Assembly: GCF_006345805.1 (NCBI RefSeq)
Contig: NW_021837029.1
Span: 1 to 64,000, forward strand
Source of the DNA: Octopus sinensis
Lineage: Eukaryota
Direction: 5' to 3'
Length of the DNA stretch: 64,000 nucleotides
How positions within the stretch are numbered: position 1 is the first letter of the stretch; every line of letters starts with the position of its first letter. The position numbers were made by a program, and so were the translations under genes. This document shows, piece by piece, positions 52,197-64,000 of this stretch. A model generated the notes under the pieces. That model was not told where the DNA came from. It saw only the letters and a list, made by a program, of their open reading frames with translations, and did not search any database.

Positions 52197-53735
52197 CAGT
52201 AGAGACTCGGTTCACTAACGCCTCTCATCACGAACAAATCGGTTTACGAACAAGTTTTCATACACAAAGCGTCTCGGCTGACGAACGGCGTCTCGAGTAG
52301 CGAACGTGCAAGCTGGCAAGAAAGGTTTGCGACAATGTGCGAGTATCAGCGGGAAAACGTAAGTTGGTGTCTAGCTTCCACTCGGTGAACATTCCTGCTG
52401 TGCCTTCTCTTGGATTTTTATTTTAATGTATAAATTAGTAGATAAGACACTGTGGGACCAAAGAATGATAATGATAGCAAAGTAAAAAAACAAAATTACG
52501 ATAGAGGTGAAGAGAGAAATTGTAGCCAAACATGAAAATGTTGTTTGTGTCTCTGATCTTATCAAAAATAATCAAAAGTAAAGAGGCGGCCCAAGAGATC
52601 GGATATTGCATCAACAGTGACAGTTCTTAATGAACAAAGATCACAGACGGAGAAACTGCCGCTGGTTTGGATGAACGAGAGACTGCTAGATAGTAATAGT
52701 GTTTCTGAAGGCATCATATGGCAAAAAGCAAGGCGATTGCTTGGTGATCTTGTAGAAAAATACCCGGGTATGAGTGCTGGTACTAATTTTTCCCGAGCCA
52801 GGAGAGAGTTTACTCTTTACTCTCTTTTACTTGTTTCAGTCATTTGACTGCGGCCATGCTGGAGCACCGCCTTTAGTCGAGCAAATCGACCCCGGGACTT
52901 ATTCTTTGTAAGCCCGTACTTATTCTATCGGTCTCTTTTGCCGAACCGCTAAGTGACGGAGACGTAAACACACCAGCATCGGTTGTCAAGCAATGCTGGG
53001 GGGACAAACACAGACACACAAACATATACACACACACTTATATATATATACATATATACGACAGGCTTCTTTCAGTTTCCGTCTACCAAATCCACTCACA
53101 AGGCATTGGTCGGCCCGGGGCTATAGCAGAAGACACTTGCCCAAGATGCCACGCAGTGGGACTGAACCCGGAACTATGTGGTTGGTTAGCAAGCTACTTA
53201 CCACACAGCCACTCCTGTTGTCTTGAAAATTTTAAGAAGTGTAGTTAGGGTTGGGGAAACTGCAACTGCGAACCAAAAGGCTGCTGAGAAATTTGTGCCG
53301 CATTTTAGTGACTACATAAAGGCTGAGGAATTTCTTTCACAGCAAGTGTTTAACTGTGACGAAACTGGTCTATTCTGGAGGAAAATGCTAAGGAGGACAT
53401 GCACAACTCAAGAGGGAAAATTATCACCAAGACACAAGCTAATAAAAAAAAGACTTCAAGGTCAAACAATTCCTTGCCTACCATTCGGAGAATCCGAGGG
53501 TATTTATGAAAAACAATGTGATAAAAAGTAAATTGCCTGTTATGTGGAGGGCTAATTGTACGGCTTGGGTAACTAGGCAATTTTATTGAGTGGATCCATA
53601 AAGTCTTTGCTCCAAGTATGAATAAATACTTGCATGAAAATTTTCCACTGAAGTGCCTTTTGTGATTGATAATGCACCTGTTTACCATCCAGGCTTGGCA
53701 GACTGAGTTGGTGGAGGAGCTGAGTTTCATCATAA
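52197..53735 (+). mobile_element. Tigger/pogo DNA transposon relic, 3'-truncated
   Basis: TA-CAGTAGAGACTCGG terminus; ITIEVKREIVAKHEN, EKLPLVWMNE..SVSEGIIWQKAR (CENP-B HTH), QQVFNCDETGLFWRKM, DNAP. Multiple stops and shifts. Confidence 0.88.
52809..53217 (-). mobile_element. SINE family A nested in the Tigger relic
   Basis: Full head-to-tail match to other family A copies. Confidence 0.92.
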
Positions 53736-53788
53736 TACATCATATGTATAATATATATATATATTATATATATGTATGTATGTATATA

Positions 53789-55149
53789 CAGTTGCGGCCA
53801 AAATGTTCAGAACGGCATTGTTTTCGTCAGAAAAGTAGATATAAGTTTTTATCAAAGTTGTTTATATTCTATAATTTTCACAGACAATAAATACAATATT
53901 AATTGTTATTGTCTGAGATTTTGGTGTAATTTGAGAGGATAATACAAAAGTTATGGATGATTTAGTGATTTACTGCAAAACCCATAGCGGCCAAAATGAT
54001 CAGAACGGTTGAAAAAATAACAAAATATCAAAAATGACAGAGAATACTGGAATTATTTAATATTTAGTGTGAAGCCCTTTAGCTTCAATCACACTGACAT
54101 CTTCGACTGCATGAGGAAATTAAATTTTCAATTCCTTGCTGGGTGATCTTATTCCATTCTTCCTGAAGGGCATTCCATAATTGCTCAGTTGTTTTAGGAT
54201 TTCTGGCTTTCGAACGTTCTCCTAGAATATTCCACACATTTTCAATAGGATTGAGATCTGGGCTTTGAGCTGGCCAATCCATAACAATAGCCTTTTCAGC
54301 CTTGAGGAAGTTCATGACCACCTTAGCCTTGTGACATGGGGCATTGTCCTGCATGAATATGAGTGGTCGCTTAGTTGAATTACTCAGCACAGGCAAGACA
54401 TGATCTTTTACAAGTTGTTTATAAACTCCTGCATTTAACTTTCCATGTAATCTCACCAAAGGGCCCACACCATCTCCAGATATCATTCCCCAAACCATGA
54501 CACTTCCTCCACCGAATTTAACACTAGTCTTAAGGCTGCTCATTTTTCGAGAAACAGCAGCAGCAGTTTTAAATCTGTTCTTTTTAACCAACTTTACCAT
54601 AGCACAATCTTCTCTCTTGGTCGTTTTTCTTGGCCTATTTATAAACTTTCTTGCTTCACACGAACCACAATCATCGTAGACCTTAAGAATACCTTGTACA
54701 ACACTTTTTGACTTGTTAACAATCTTTGCAATAGATCCAATACTTAAATTATCCTTCCTTCGAAGCTTAATAATCTGCTGACGAATTGGTAACGGAGTAA
54801 GTGGCATTAAATTAACAAAGTACACTGCAAATATTCTTACTAATGTTTAGTAAACGAACCGTCACGTAAACAAATTCAAAACATTAGAATTCGCCGATTT
54901 AAATATACTAAAACACGAGTAAAAGCAACTGTTCTGATCATTTTGGCCGCCATGGGTTTTGCAGTAAATTACTAAATCATCGATAACTTTTGTATTGTCT
55001 TCTCAAATTACACCAAAATCTCAGGCAATAACAAATAATATTGTATGTATTGTCTGTGAAAATTATAGAATATAAAACAACTTTGATAAAAAATTATATC
55101 TACTTTTCTGACGAAAACAATGCCGTTCTGAACATTTTGGCCGCAACTG
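53789..55149 (-). mobile_element. Tc1 (DD34E) element with IR/DR-type long TIRs, 1361 bp
   Basis: TIRs 53789-54011 and 54926-55149 (about 223 bp). Each carries two 22-bp DRs GCGGCCAAAATG(T/A)TCAGAACGG. TA on both sides. Confidence 0.96.
54057..54825 (-). pseudogene. Tc1 transposase with in-frame internal deletion
   Basis: Paired-like HTH N-terminus joins directly to VKFGGGSVMVWG; QDNAPCH-34aa-E (WPAQSPDLNPIE). The first catalytic Asp region is missing. Frameshift just before VIEAKGLHTKY*. Confidence 0.9.
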
Positions 55150-55169
55150 TATAAATAATATATATGCAA

Positions 55170-55219
<50 letters not shown>

Positions 55220-55309
55220 TATATTATTATATATATATATATTATATATATATATATATACATGTGGATACAGGACGCCACCAACAGTAAAGAACATGAA
55301 ATACGAAAA

Positions 55310-55709
55310 CGAATGACACTGCGGCCATACAAGGGCACCTCTTTGAGGTATTTTAGTCGAACTAACGCCTGGTACTGATTCTAAAGGGCCTTTTTGCCTA
55401 ACAACTAAGTTACGGGGACGTAAACATACCATCACTGGTTTTCAATCATTGGTGGTGGGGGACTAACACAGGCACAAAGCTACACACACACACACACAGA
55501 CAAACCTACACATACACACACACATACACAGACAAACCCACACATACACACACATACAACGAGCCTCATTCAGTTTAGGTCTACCAATTCTATTCACTAT
55601 AGCCCGAGGCTATAGTAGAAGATACTTGTGCAAGGTGCCACACAGTGGGACTGAACCCGGAACCATGTGGTTTGTAAGCAAGCTACTTACCACACAGCCA
55701 CACCCGTGT
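55310..55709 (-). mobile_element. SINE family A, diverged
   Basis: Head at 55709 (GTGTGGCTGTGTGGTAAG), expanded internal (CA)n. Confidence 0.8.
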
Positions 55710-55733
55710 CTAATATATATTATATTATATATT

Positions 55734-55899
55734 GGTACAGGAGTGGCTGTGTGGTAAGTGGCTTGCTTACAAACTATATGGTTCCGGGTTCAGTCCAGTC
55801 CCACTGTGTGACACATTGGGCAAGTGTCTTTTACTATAGCCTCGGGCCGACCAAAGCCTTGTGGGAGGATTTGGTAGACGGAAACTGAAAGAAGCCCGT

Positions 55900-55939
<40 letters not shown>

Positions 55940-56144
55940 GTGTGTGTGTGTGTGTACGTGTTTGTGTCTGTGTTTGTCCCCTCAACATCGCTTCACAACC
56001 GGTTCTGGTGTGTTTACGTACCCGGTAAAAGAGACCAATAGAATAAGTACTAGGCTTACAGACAATAAGTCCCGGGGTCGAATAGCTCGATTGAAGGCAG
56101 TGCCCCAGTATGGCCGCAGTCAAATGATTGAAACAAGTAAAAGA
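55734..56144 (+). mobile_element. SINE family A
   Basis: Full head-to-tail match. Confidence 0.9.
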
Positions 56145-56585
56145 ATATATGTGTGTATGTTTGGGCGTGTGTGTGTGTATACTTTATATGTGCGTTAACA
56201 AGGCAACCTATGGTTTCATGTGGAGGGGTCTTCACAATTGTTTAAACGTGCAACATGACACACACAAACACACACACACATATATATGTATGTATGTATG
56301 TAGTGTTAGTGTAGGATGTATCAGGGAGTGATGACAAGAATACAAATCCAGTTGTCGGTCTGCACACACCAGAATCCTTAGAATGTATGGATGTACATTT
56401 TAGTTACGTAATATTACTGCAAAATGTGCATTGACTTTTCTTTACATGCCTCTGTGCGTGTGCTTGAGTATATGCATGTATATATGTATGTATGTATATA
56501 CATATATATAAATATATGCATATATAAATATATGCGTAGGTGCAGATATATATATATATATATATTATATATATTATATATATAT

Positions 56586-56618
<33 letters not shown>

Positions 56619-56707
56619 ATTATATATTCTCACGTCGTTTGCTATCTATCTACCCTGTATCTACCTACCTACCTACCTACCTACCTACCTACCTACCTAC
56701 TACCTAC

Positions 56708-56751
<44 letters not shown>

Positions 56752-56889
56752 ATATCCGAATATATAGTATGAGAACACATATGTAAATGTAAATACCTAT
56801 TTATATATTTAAATATATGAACCCATTTATATATCTAAATATATATATTTTTGAATGTGTGTCTATGTGTAACTAGATATATGTCACTA

Positions 56890-56931
<42 letters not shown>

Positions 56932-57233
56932 ACTATATATATATACATATACATAAACGTATATATATTCATATAATTAAGTACACATGCATACATACAC
57001 ACACATATACACACACATATATATATACGCATATATAACACACGCACATATATATATATATATTATATATATATATATACATGTACAGACACGCACACAC
57101 TCGCATACCCAACGTCATGTATATGCCAGTATATATGCAGTTCTCTTCGTGTGCAGTACGTGCACAAGCATGCGCATTTGCATGCATGGGTGGATGTAAT
57201 ATTGCTCAGTGGATGGAACGGAGGACTTTTATG

Positions 57234-57271
<38 letters not shown>

Positions 57272-57915
57272 CACAGGAAAAAAATCCCAAGCAATATAAA
57301 ATGGACCGTTATTGTTAAATATGAATGAATATGCACTCAGTATATGTGTATATGTATGTTTTGGTATATATGTATGTTACTATATATTCATATATATGTA
57401 TGTATACATGCATATATATATATGCATATGAATACACACACACATTTATACACACATGCATGTAAATATGCATATCCACACGCACATACACACTCACACA
57501 CGCACATATAGACACACACGCATACTCACACAGAGATATGCATATACATTTTCATGAACTCATACGCATACGCACTGATATATGTATATTTGTGTGTGTG
57601 TGTGTATGCGTGTGTGTATATATGTATATATATGTACGCATATATATATGTATATATACATATATACGCATATATAGATATATGATCATTTATATACATG
57701 TATATTGCAACACACATTTACATATATCTATTGTATACATACTACTAACATATATATGCAGATTTACACAAATATACACATATGAATCGGCATGTACCAA
57801 TCCATCCATACAGCCACACTCACAAACACCTGTACGGTGAGACAAATATACGTATATATTTAGATATACGTGTATACACCCCCCCCCACACAAATACATA
57901 TATATATAGATAGTT

Positions 57916-57957
<42 letters not shown>

Positions 57958-58169
57958 GGAGAGAATGAGAGATAGAGAGAATGCATGTGCGTGCCTGTAT
58001 GTGTGTGTGTATTCATGTACATATGTATAAACACCTATTGCAGGTATAGATGCATATAAATACATATATAACTATATAAATATATGTATATATAAGCAAA
58101 TATACATTTCTATATTTGAGGGTTTGTCGATTAGCATCGATCACAACGTTCAGTTAGTACTATAAATCC

Positions 58170-59230
58170 CAGAAGGTAAGGGGCCGGAAGAAATGCTGCT
58201 AAGCATTTGGACCGATGCGCTAACGATTTTTCCAGCTCATTGCCCTAATTTCCGCCGAGGTCGACTTTGCTTTTCATCCTCTCGAGATCGATAAAATGAA
58301 TCCAGTTGAGTACTGCTCTCAATTTAATCGGCTAGACCCCTCCCCTCAAATCTCAGGCGTTGTGCTTATTGTAGAAAGGATTGTTATTGTTATCGTTTCT
58401 TCTATAGGCAGAAGGCCAGGAATTTGATGAGAGGGTGCTAGTCGATTACATCGACCCCAGTACTTAAGTGGTACTCAATGTATTTAAGGCGGCGAGCTGG
58501 CAGAAACGTTAGCACGCCGGGCGAAATGCGTAGCCGTATTTCGTCTGTCGTTACGTTCTGAGTTCAAATTCCGCCGAGGTCGACTTTGCCTTTCATCCTT
58601 TCGGGGCCGATAAATTAAATACCAGTTGCGCACTGGGGTCGATGTAATCGACTTAATACCTATGTCTGTCCTTGTTTGTCCCTTCTATGTTTAGCCCCTT
58701 GTGGGTAATAAAGAAATAGGTACTCAATATATTGACTCCGAAAAGATGAAAGGCAAAGTCGTCCTTGGCCGAATTTGAACTCAAACGTAAACCCAGAAGA
58801 AATTTTGTGCAAAACTGTTGTTTCTAACAATCCCGAAAGGCTGAAAGACAAAGTGTCTTTCAAAGTGCGTCGGTGTCATTTGAATTCGGAACGTAAAGCC
58901 GGAAGATACAATGCTTAGCCGTATTTCATGTCTTCACATTCTGTGTTCAAATTTCATGGAGGTCGACTCTGCCTTTCATCATTTCGGTGTCGATGAAATA
59001 AGTACCAGTTGGCCTTGTACCAAAATTTGAAAAAGCGGCAACAAAGAGCTTAGCAGGATTTCGTCTGTCGTTGTGTTCTGGGCTCAAAATTCCGCCGAGG
59101 TCGATATTTCCTTTTATCCTTTCGGGCTCGATAAAAATACATAACCTGCCAAGTTCTGTGTTCGATGGAATCGACTTCCACCTTTACTCACAGACTGCAA
59201 CCTCGGTGCCAAAACTGAAACAATTATTAC
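58170..59230. mobile_element. Nest of about seven family B SINE pieces in both orientations
   Basis: Includes a full + copy at 58485-58718 inside a - copy, with TSD GGTACTCAAT(G/A)TATT at 58470-58484 and 58719-58733. Confidence 0.85.
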
Positions 59231-59262
59231 TAAATAAATAACTAAAGTCACAACGAAATTTT

Positions 59263-59427
59263 GGCGTAGGAGTGTGGTAAATAGCTTGCCTACCAACCAC
59301 ATGGTTCCCAGTTCAGTCCCACTACGTGGCATCTTGGGCAAGTGTCTTCTACTATAGCCTCGGGCCGACCAATGCCTTTGTGAGTGGATTTGGTAGACGG
59401 AAACTGAAAGAAGCCCGTCGTATATCT

Positions 59428-59468
<41 letters not shown>

Positions 59469-59686
59469 TGTGTGTATATATGTTTGTGTGTCTGTGTGTT
59501 TGTCTCCCCAACATCGCTTGACAACCGATGGTGGTGTGTTTACGTCCCCGTTACTTAGCGGTTCGGCAAAAGAGACCGATAAAATAAGTACTAGGTTTAC
59601 AAAGAACAAGTCCTGTGGTCGATTTGGTCGACTAAAGGCGGTGCTCCAGCATGGCCGCAGTCAAATGACTGAAACAAGTAAAAGAG
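59263..59686 (+). mobile_element. SINE family A
   Basis: Full head-to-tail match. Confidence 0.92.
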
Positions 59687-59925
59687 TTCTCTCTGACGAA
59701 AGGAAACACGGATGGACCAATCCAATCACAGAATGCACTCATTAATCTTTCTCCACTCTTTCGAAAGGCGGTGTAGTCTGAAATATCAGGGCTTTTTCCT
59801 TATTCTTCACGATAACTGAACTTATTGACGCTCAATAAATTCCTTCTTCGGATTTATATTACACACACAAAACTTGCCTTTATAATTTGCTACACATAAG
59901 TCATTTGTGTTCGACTACACAATGA

Positions 59926-59965
<40 letters not shown>

Positions 59966-60753
59966 ATTATATATAGTATATATATATATATATATCATAT
60001 AATATATATATATATAAACCTAAGTATGTATATGTGTGTATGTACGTGTATCTATCTATCTATCTATCTATCTATTCACACATTCTGCGCTCAATCCTAG
60101 ATTTAATTTAATTAAATTTCAATTTGCATATAAATATAAATTTAATTTAAATATATACAATGTTATATAGAATTAATTAATACTTATGATCAACGAGGCG
60201 TTACTAAAATATTTTATCCTATATTAATTATCAAATAATCATCACCGAATGATTTAATTGTGCTATTAACTAAAATAAATCATTCTGTGACAACATAGGA
60301 AATACTGTACGAACAACAGTAATATGAGTTCAAATTCAGTCGAAAAAGCGCCTACTGATCCATTTGAGAGATACCTATACCTTTATTAGGAGATGTTGTT
60401 GTTTAACATGACGGTAACCCAAATAAAGGAGATACTATGGTCAAAAACGTTACAGTTGTGACCATCCCATCTTCTATATAGACTTATGTTGAGTAATATC
60501 AATTGCATCGTGCTTTCAGCAGCGGATGATTTAAGGAAGACGTGATAATAATAAGCGGTAAATCGAACGGTTTTAGAAAGATCCTTGTATATTAACTTGT
60601 GGTAGGCCGTCTCTTCATTAATTGTTGGTACATATGTTGTAGTCACTTTACCTAACAGAACCCCACCACCAAAAAAAAACCAAAAAAATAACTGCCGAAT
60701 ATCTCCAAATCAAACCTCTGGAAAATTGGACAATTTAGTCCTGTTTAATATAT

Positions 60754-60977
60754 ATTTCTTTATTGCCCACAAGGGGCTAAACACAGAGGGGACAAACAAG
60801 GACAGACAAAGAGATTAAGTCGATTACATCGACCCCAGTGCGTAACTGGTACTTAATTTATCGACCCCGAAAGGATGAACGGCAAAGTTGACATCGGCGG
60901 AATTTGAACTCAGAACGTAGCGACAGACGAAATGCCGCTAAGCGTTTCGCCCGGCGCGCTAACGTTTCTGCCAGCTC
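60754..60977 (-). mobile_element. Young SINE family B with 16-bp TSD
   Basis: GTCCTGTTTAATATAT at 60738-60753 and 60978-60993. Confidence 0.93.
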
Positions 60978-61074
60978 GTCCTGTTTAATATATGTCTTCA
61001 TTTGGAAGTATAGAGCGAGGCTAAGTGTAAATTATTTTGTGTGTAGATGTGAATGAATGTCTGGATATGTATAT

Positions 61075-61295
61075 ATCACACGATCACGTGACCGACCACA
61101 CTGTCTGGTGTTACACATCGCTGGTTACAATGCATTGCAAGCAGGCCAGCATTCCCCCTTGATGGAAAGGGGATTGGAGCAACGGGAAATGAAGTGCCTT
61201 GCTGAAGAACACAGCGCACCGCCAGGTCTGGGAATCGAACCTACGAACTAGCAATCGTGAGTCCAGCGGCCTAACCCCTAGGCCACGCGCCTTCA
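61075..61295 (-). mobile_element. CORE-like SINE
   Basis: Head TGAAGGCGCGTGGCCTAG..GGTTCGATTCCCAGACC, CORE-like TGTGTTCTTCAGCAAGGCACTTCATTTCCCGTTGCTCC; tail shared with 61496-61808. Confidence 0.75.
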
Positions 61296-61495
61296 TGTAT
61301 ATGTATGTTTCTGTCCCTCCCCCCCTCTCTCTCTCTATATATATATATCGTTGTAATTGTTTGATTACAACGATTACATCTTGAAAAAAATCCGCTCTCA
61401 TCATGTGATTTAAAATAAATAGAGGTAGAAGAAAATTCAAATCGACTCGCTTTGCTAAGCATTAATAAAACAAGTTAAGATATATATATATATAT

Positions 61496-61807
61496 ATCGC
61501 CGTGATCACCGTGACCGACCAGGCTATCAGATGTTGCTACACAACGCTGGTCACAATGCGCTTCGCATTGTTTTAGCCTTCAAATGACGCCATCCCGCTG
61601 GCTAAGCGAGCAGTTCAACAGAAGAAAAAGTGAGAGAAAATTGTGGCGAAAGAGTACAGCAGGGATCGCCACCACCCCCTGCCGGAGCCTTGTAGAGCTT
61701 TAGGTGTTTTCGCTCAATAAACACTCACAACACCCGGTCTGGGAATCGAAACCGCGATCCAACGACCACGAGTTCTCTGCCCTAACCACTGGGCCATTGC
61801 GCCTCCA

Positions 61808-61808
<1 letters not shown>
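61496..61808 (-). mobile_element. SINE family D head and centre with an alternative tail
   Basis: GTGGAGGCGCAATGGCCCAGTGGTTAGGGCAG head; AAAGCTCTACAAGGCTCCGGCAGGGGG centre. Confidence 0.88.
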
Positions 61809-61848
<40 letters not shown>

Positions 61849-62108
61849 GCATTATCAAAACGCCCCCTTCATTTTCGCTTATTTCTTCCTATTCCTTTTT
61901 CCCCACCTCCGTTTTTCATCTCTTTATATCTTCTCCACCTTTATCAGTTTCCTCTCTCCTTTACCAAACTCTGTGTCAGAAAAACCTATATATATATAGA
62001 TGTGCAAATCCAACAGTTTTGAGTGATAACTTGTCTGAAGACCCTGTGCATTCACAGGTGAAACTCAGAGTAGTAAGAGACTGACTCAAATAGTCCTTTC
62101 TATTATGG

Positions 62109-62305
62109 GAACAAGGCCTGAAATTTGAAGAGAGAATACTTGTCGATTAAATCGACACCAATACTAAACTTGAACCTGTTTTAGAAACCTCGAATGGATG
62201 AAAGTGAAGTTGACCGCAACGAAAGTTGAACTCAAAACGTTAAAGCTGAACGAAATGCTACTAAGCATTTTGTCTGGATTGCTAAGCTGTCAGCTCGCCG
62301 CCTTA
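62109..62305 (-). mobile_element. SINE family B, degenerate
   Basis: Head TAAGGCGGCGAGCTGACAG at 62305. Confidence 0.72.
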
Positions 62306-62594
62306 CTAAGCCCAAATAATACACACACACACACACACACACACATAAAAGAAGAGACAGCGAGGATAACGACAACCATTACACAAGGAAATCAAATTCC
62401 CTGTTATTCGAAAATCTCTTGATAAAGTCTCTTATATATTTGCTTCTTAACTGAAACTATTGTTCAGCAATATGACCAAAACCTGAGACCCGTGAAAGAA
62501 CTCGCTTCCCAGAAGCAGTTCAGTAAAATATACAACTGAAAATTTACTCTTTCTCCAAGCAAATTTGTTCCAATCCTGTTGCTGTTGTTAAGAT

Positions 62595-62905
62595 GATGTT
62601 GATGCTGTTGAGCGAGAAGTCCGGAACGTGGTCCTTTGCTATTCGAAAGACCCGCAGAAGAGAAAGCAGATCAACCCCCGACACCGAGAGCATCGACGGA
62701 TGGATGAATGCGCATCCAGACTCAACGGTTGCGTAGGAAGTCGGGGACAAGAAACAGGAAGAAAGAATGAGAGAAAGTTGGAGCGAAAGAGTACAACAGG
62801 GGTCGCCACCACCCCCTTATATATTTAAAGCTCCATCGTGGAGCTTTAGGTGTTTTTCGCTCAATAAACACACACAATACCCGGTCTGGGAATCGAAACC
62901 CCGAC
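62595..62905 (-). mobile_element. SINE family D, 5'-truncated, same tail as 3103-3480
   Basis: GGATGCGCATTCATCCATCCGTCGATGCTCTCGGTGTCGGGG..GCAAAGGACCACGTT is shared. Confidence 0.85.
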
Positions 62906-63002
62906 CTATCAACTCATTTTAGATCTCTCTCAGGTAAATGAAATAATTTCTTGGTATTTACACACAGAAGGAATCAAGAGCGAAAAAAAAAGTCCAGTTT
63001 TA

Positions 63003-63438
63003 GGCGCAGGTATGGCTGTGTGGTTAGAAGTTTTCTTCCCAACAACGTGGTTTTGGGTTCAGTCCTACTGGGTGGTACTTTGGGCAAGTGTCTTCTACTA
63101 TAGCCCCGGGCCTACCAGAGTGAATTTGGTAGATGAAAACTGAATGAAATCCGTCGTGTGTATATATATATATATTATATATATATATATATAAATTGGA
63201 AAAATAAACGTTTATCAATTCAAAATGAACAATTAAATTACACCATATTGAAAATTACATATAATAGAAATTCATAAAAGGTGTTTTTTTTCTTTCTATT
63301 TTTTCTATATATATATATTATATTGTATGAAATTTGATTTAGTGTTTCTAAATTGAATTTTTCCCTGTAAGTTAGGATTAATATTCCTCAAATAATTATA
63401 TATTATATATATAGACATATATATATATATATATATTA

Positions 63439-63514
<76 letters not shown>

Positions 63515-63800
63515 GTGTGTCGGTGTCTGTGTGTTTGTGTATCTGTGTGTTTGTGCGTGTATTTGTGTGTGTGTATATGTGCGCGCGCAATTGTGTTTGT
63601 GTGTTGACACCGCTTGACAACTGGTGTTTTGTTTGTTAGCCCCCTACAACCTAGCAATTCAGCAAAAGAGACTGATAGAATAAGTCCAAGACTTATTTTT
63701 ATTTAAAAAGAAAATTATCAGTACTGGGGCTGATTCGTTCGACCAAAATCCTTCAAGGCGGTCTCCCATCAGAGCTGCCGTCCAATAAAAGATTAATAAA
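63003..63800 (+). mobile_element. Old family A SINE split by expanded microsatellite and an AT-rich insert
   Basis: Head 63003-63156, tail 63595-63800, (TA)n/(TG)n plus about 200 bp of other sequence in between. Confidence 0.7.
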
Positions 63801-64000
63801 AATATAAATGTCGAATACGATTTCTTGGTATGGTTAAGATGCCCCGGTGCAGGATGTTATTCAAAACTTGCAAATTTGCTGATCTATCCAACAGCATTAA
63901 CTTAAAGTCGTTCATCCATCAACGTCGCACAACACAACACTGAAAAACTTCTTTACTTTCTGATCCGATAAAGCAGCTTCTTTCTTAACTCTCGGTTTTT

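Overview
Eukaryotic, very AT-rich, microsatellite-saturated DNA made almost entirely of transposable elements. The tRNA-derived SINE families and repeat landscape match what I recall of octopus (coleoid cephalopod) genomes; this is an inference and was not checked against a database. I could not support any host protein-coding exon, so the window looks intergenic or deep-intronic, and most ORFs in the track are microsatellite artefacts. Larger elements: a near full-length Tx1/L1-clade LINE (about 20.25-26.44 kb, +) and two decayed relatives; a complete but disabled DD34D mariner (10498-11789); an internally deleted IR/DR-type Tc1 (53789-55149); maT-like, Tigger/pogo and RTE relics; two non-autonomous Helitrons; and about 30 SINE copies from at least four families. 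The most interesting signal is a set of three unrelated short repeat families, most copies abutting (TA)n tracts, whose sequences fold by hand into type I hammerhead ribozymes. These are a full-core hammerhead at 485-547 inside a Penelope-style direct/inverted repeat, a minimal CUGUNGA variant in four copies including a head-to-tail dimer at 36215-36660 (candidate retrozyme/circRNA), and a long-stem-II hammerhead at 16.5 and 28.5 kb. All folds and alignments were done by eye.
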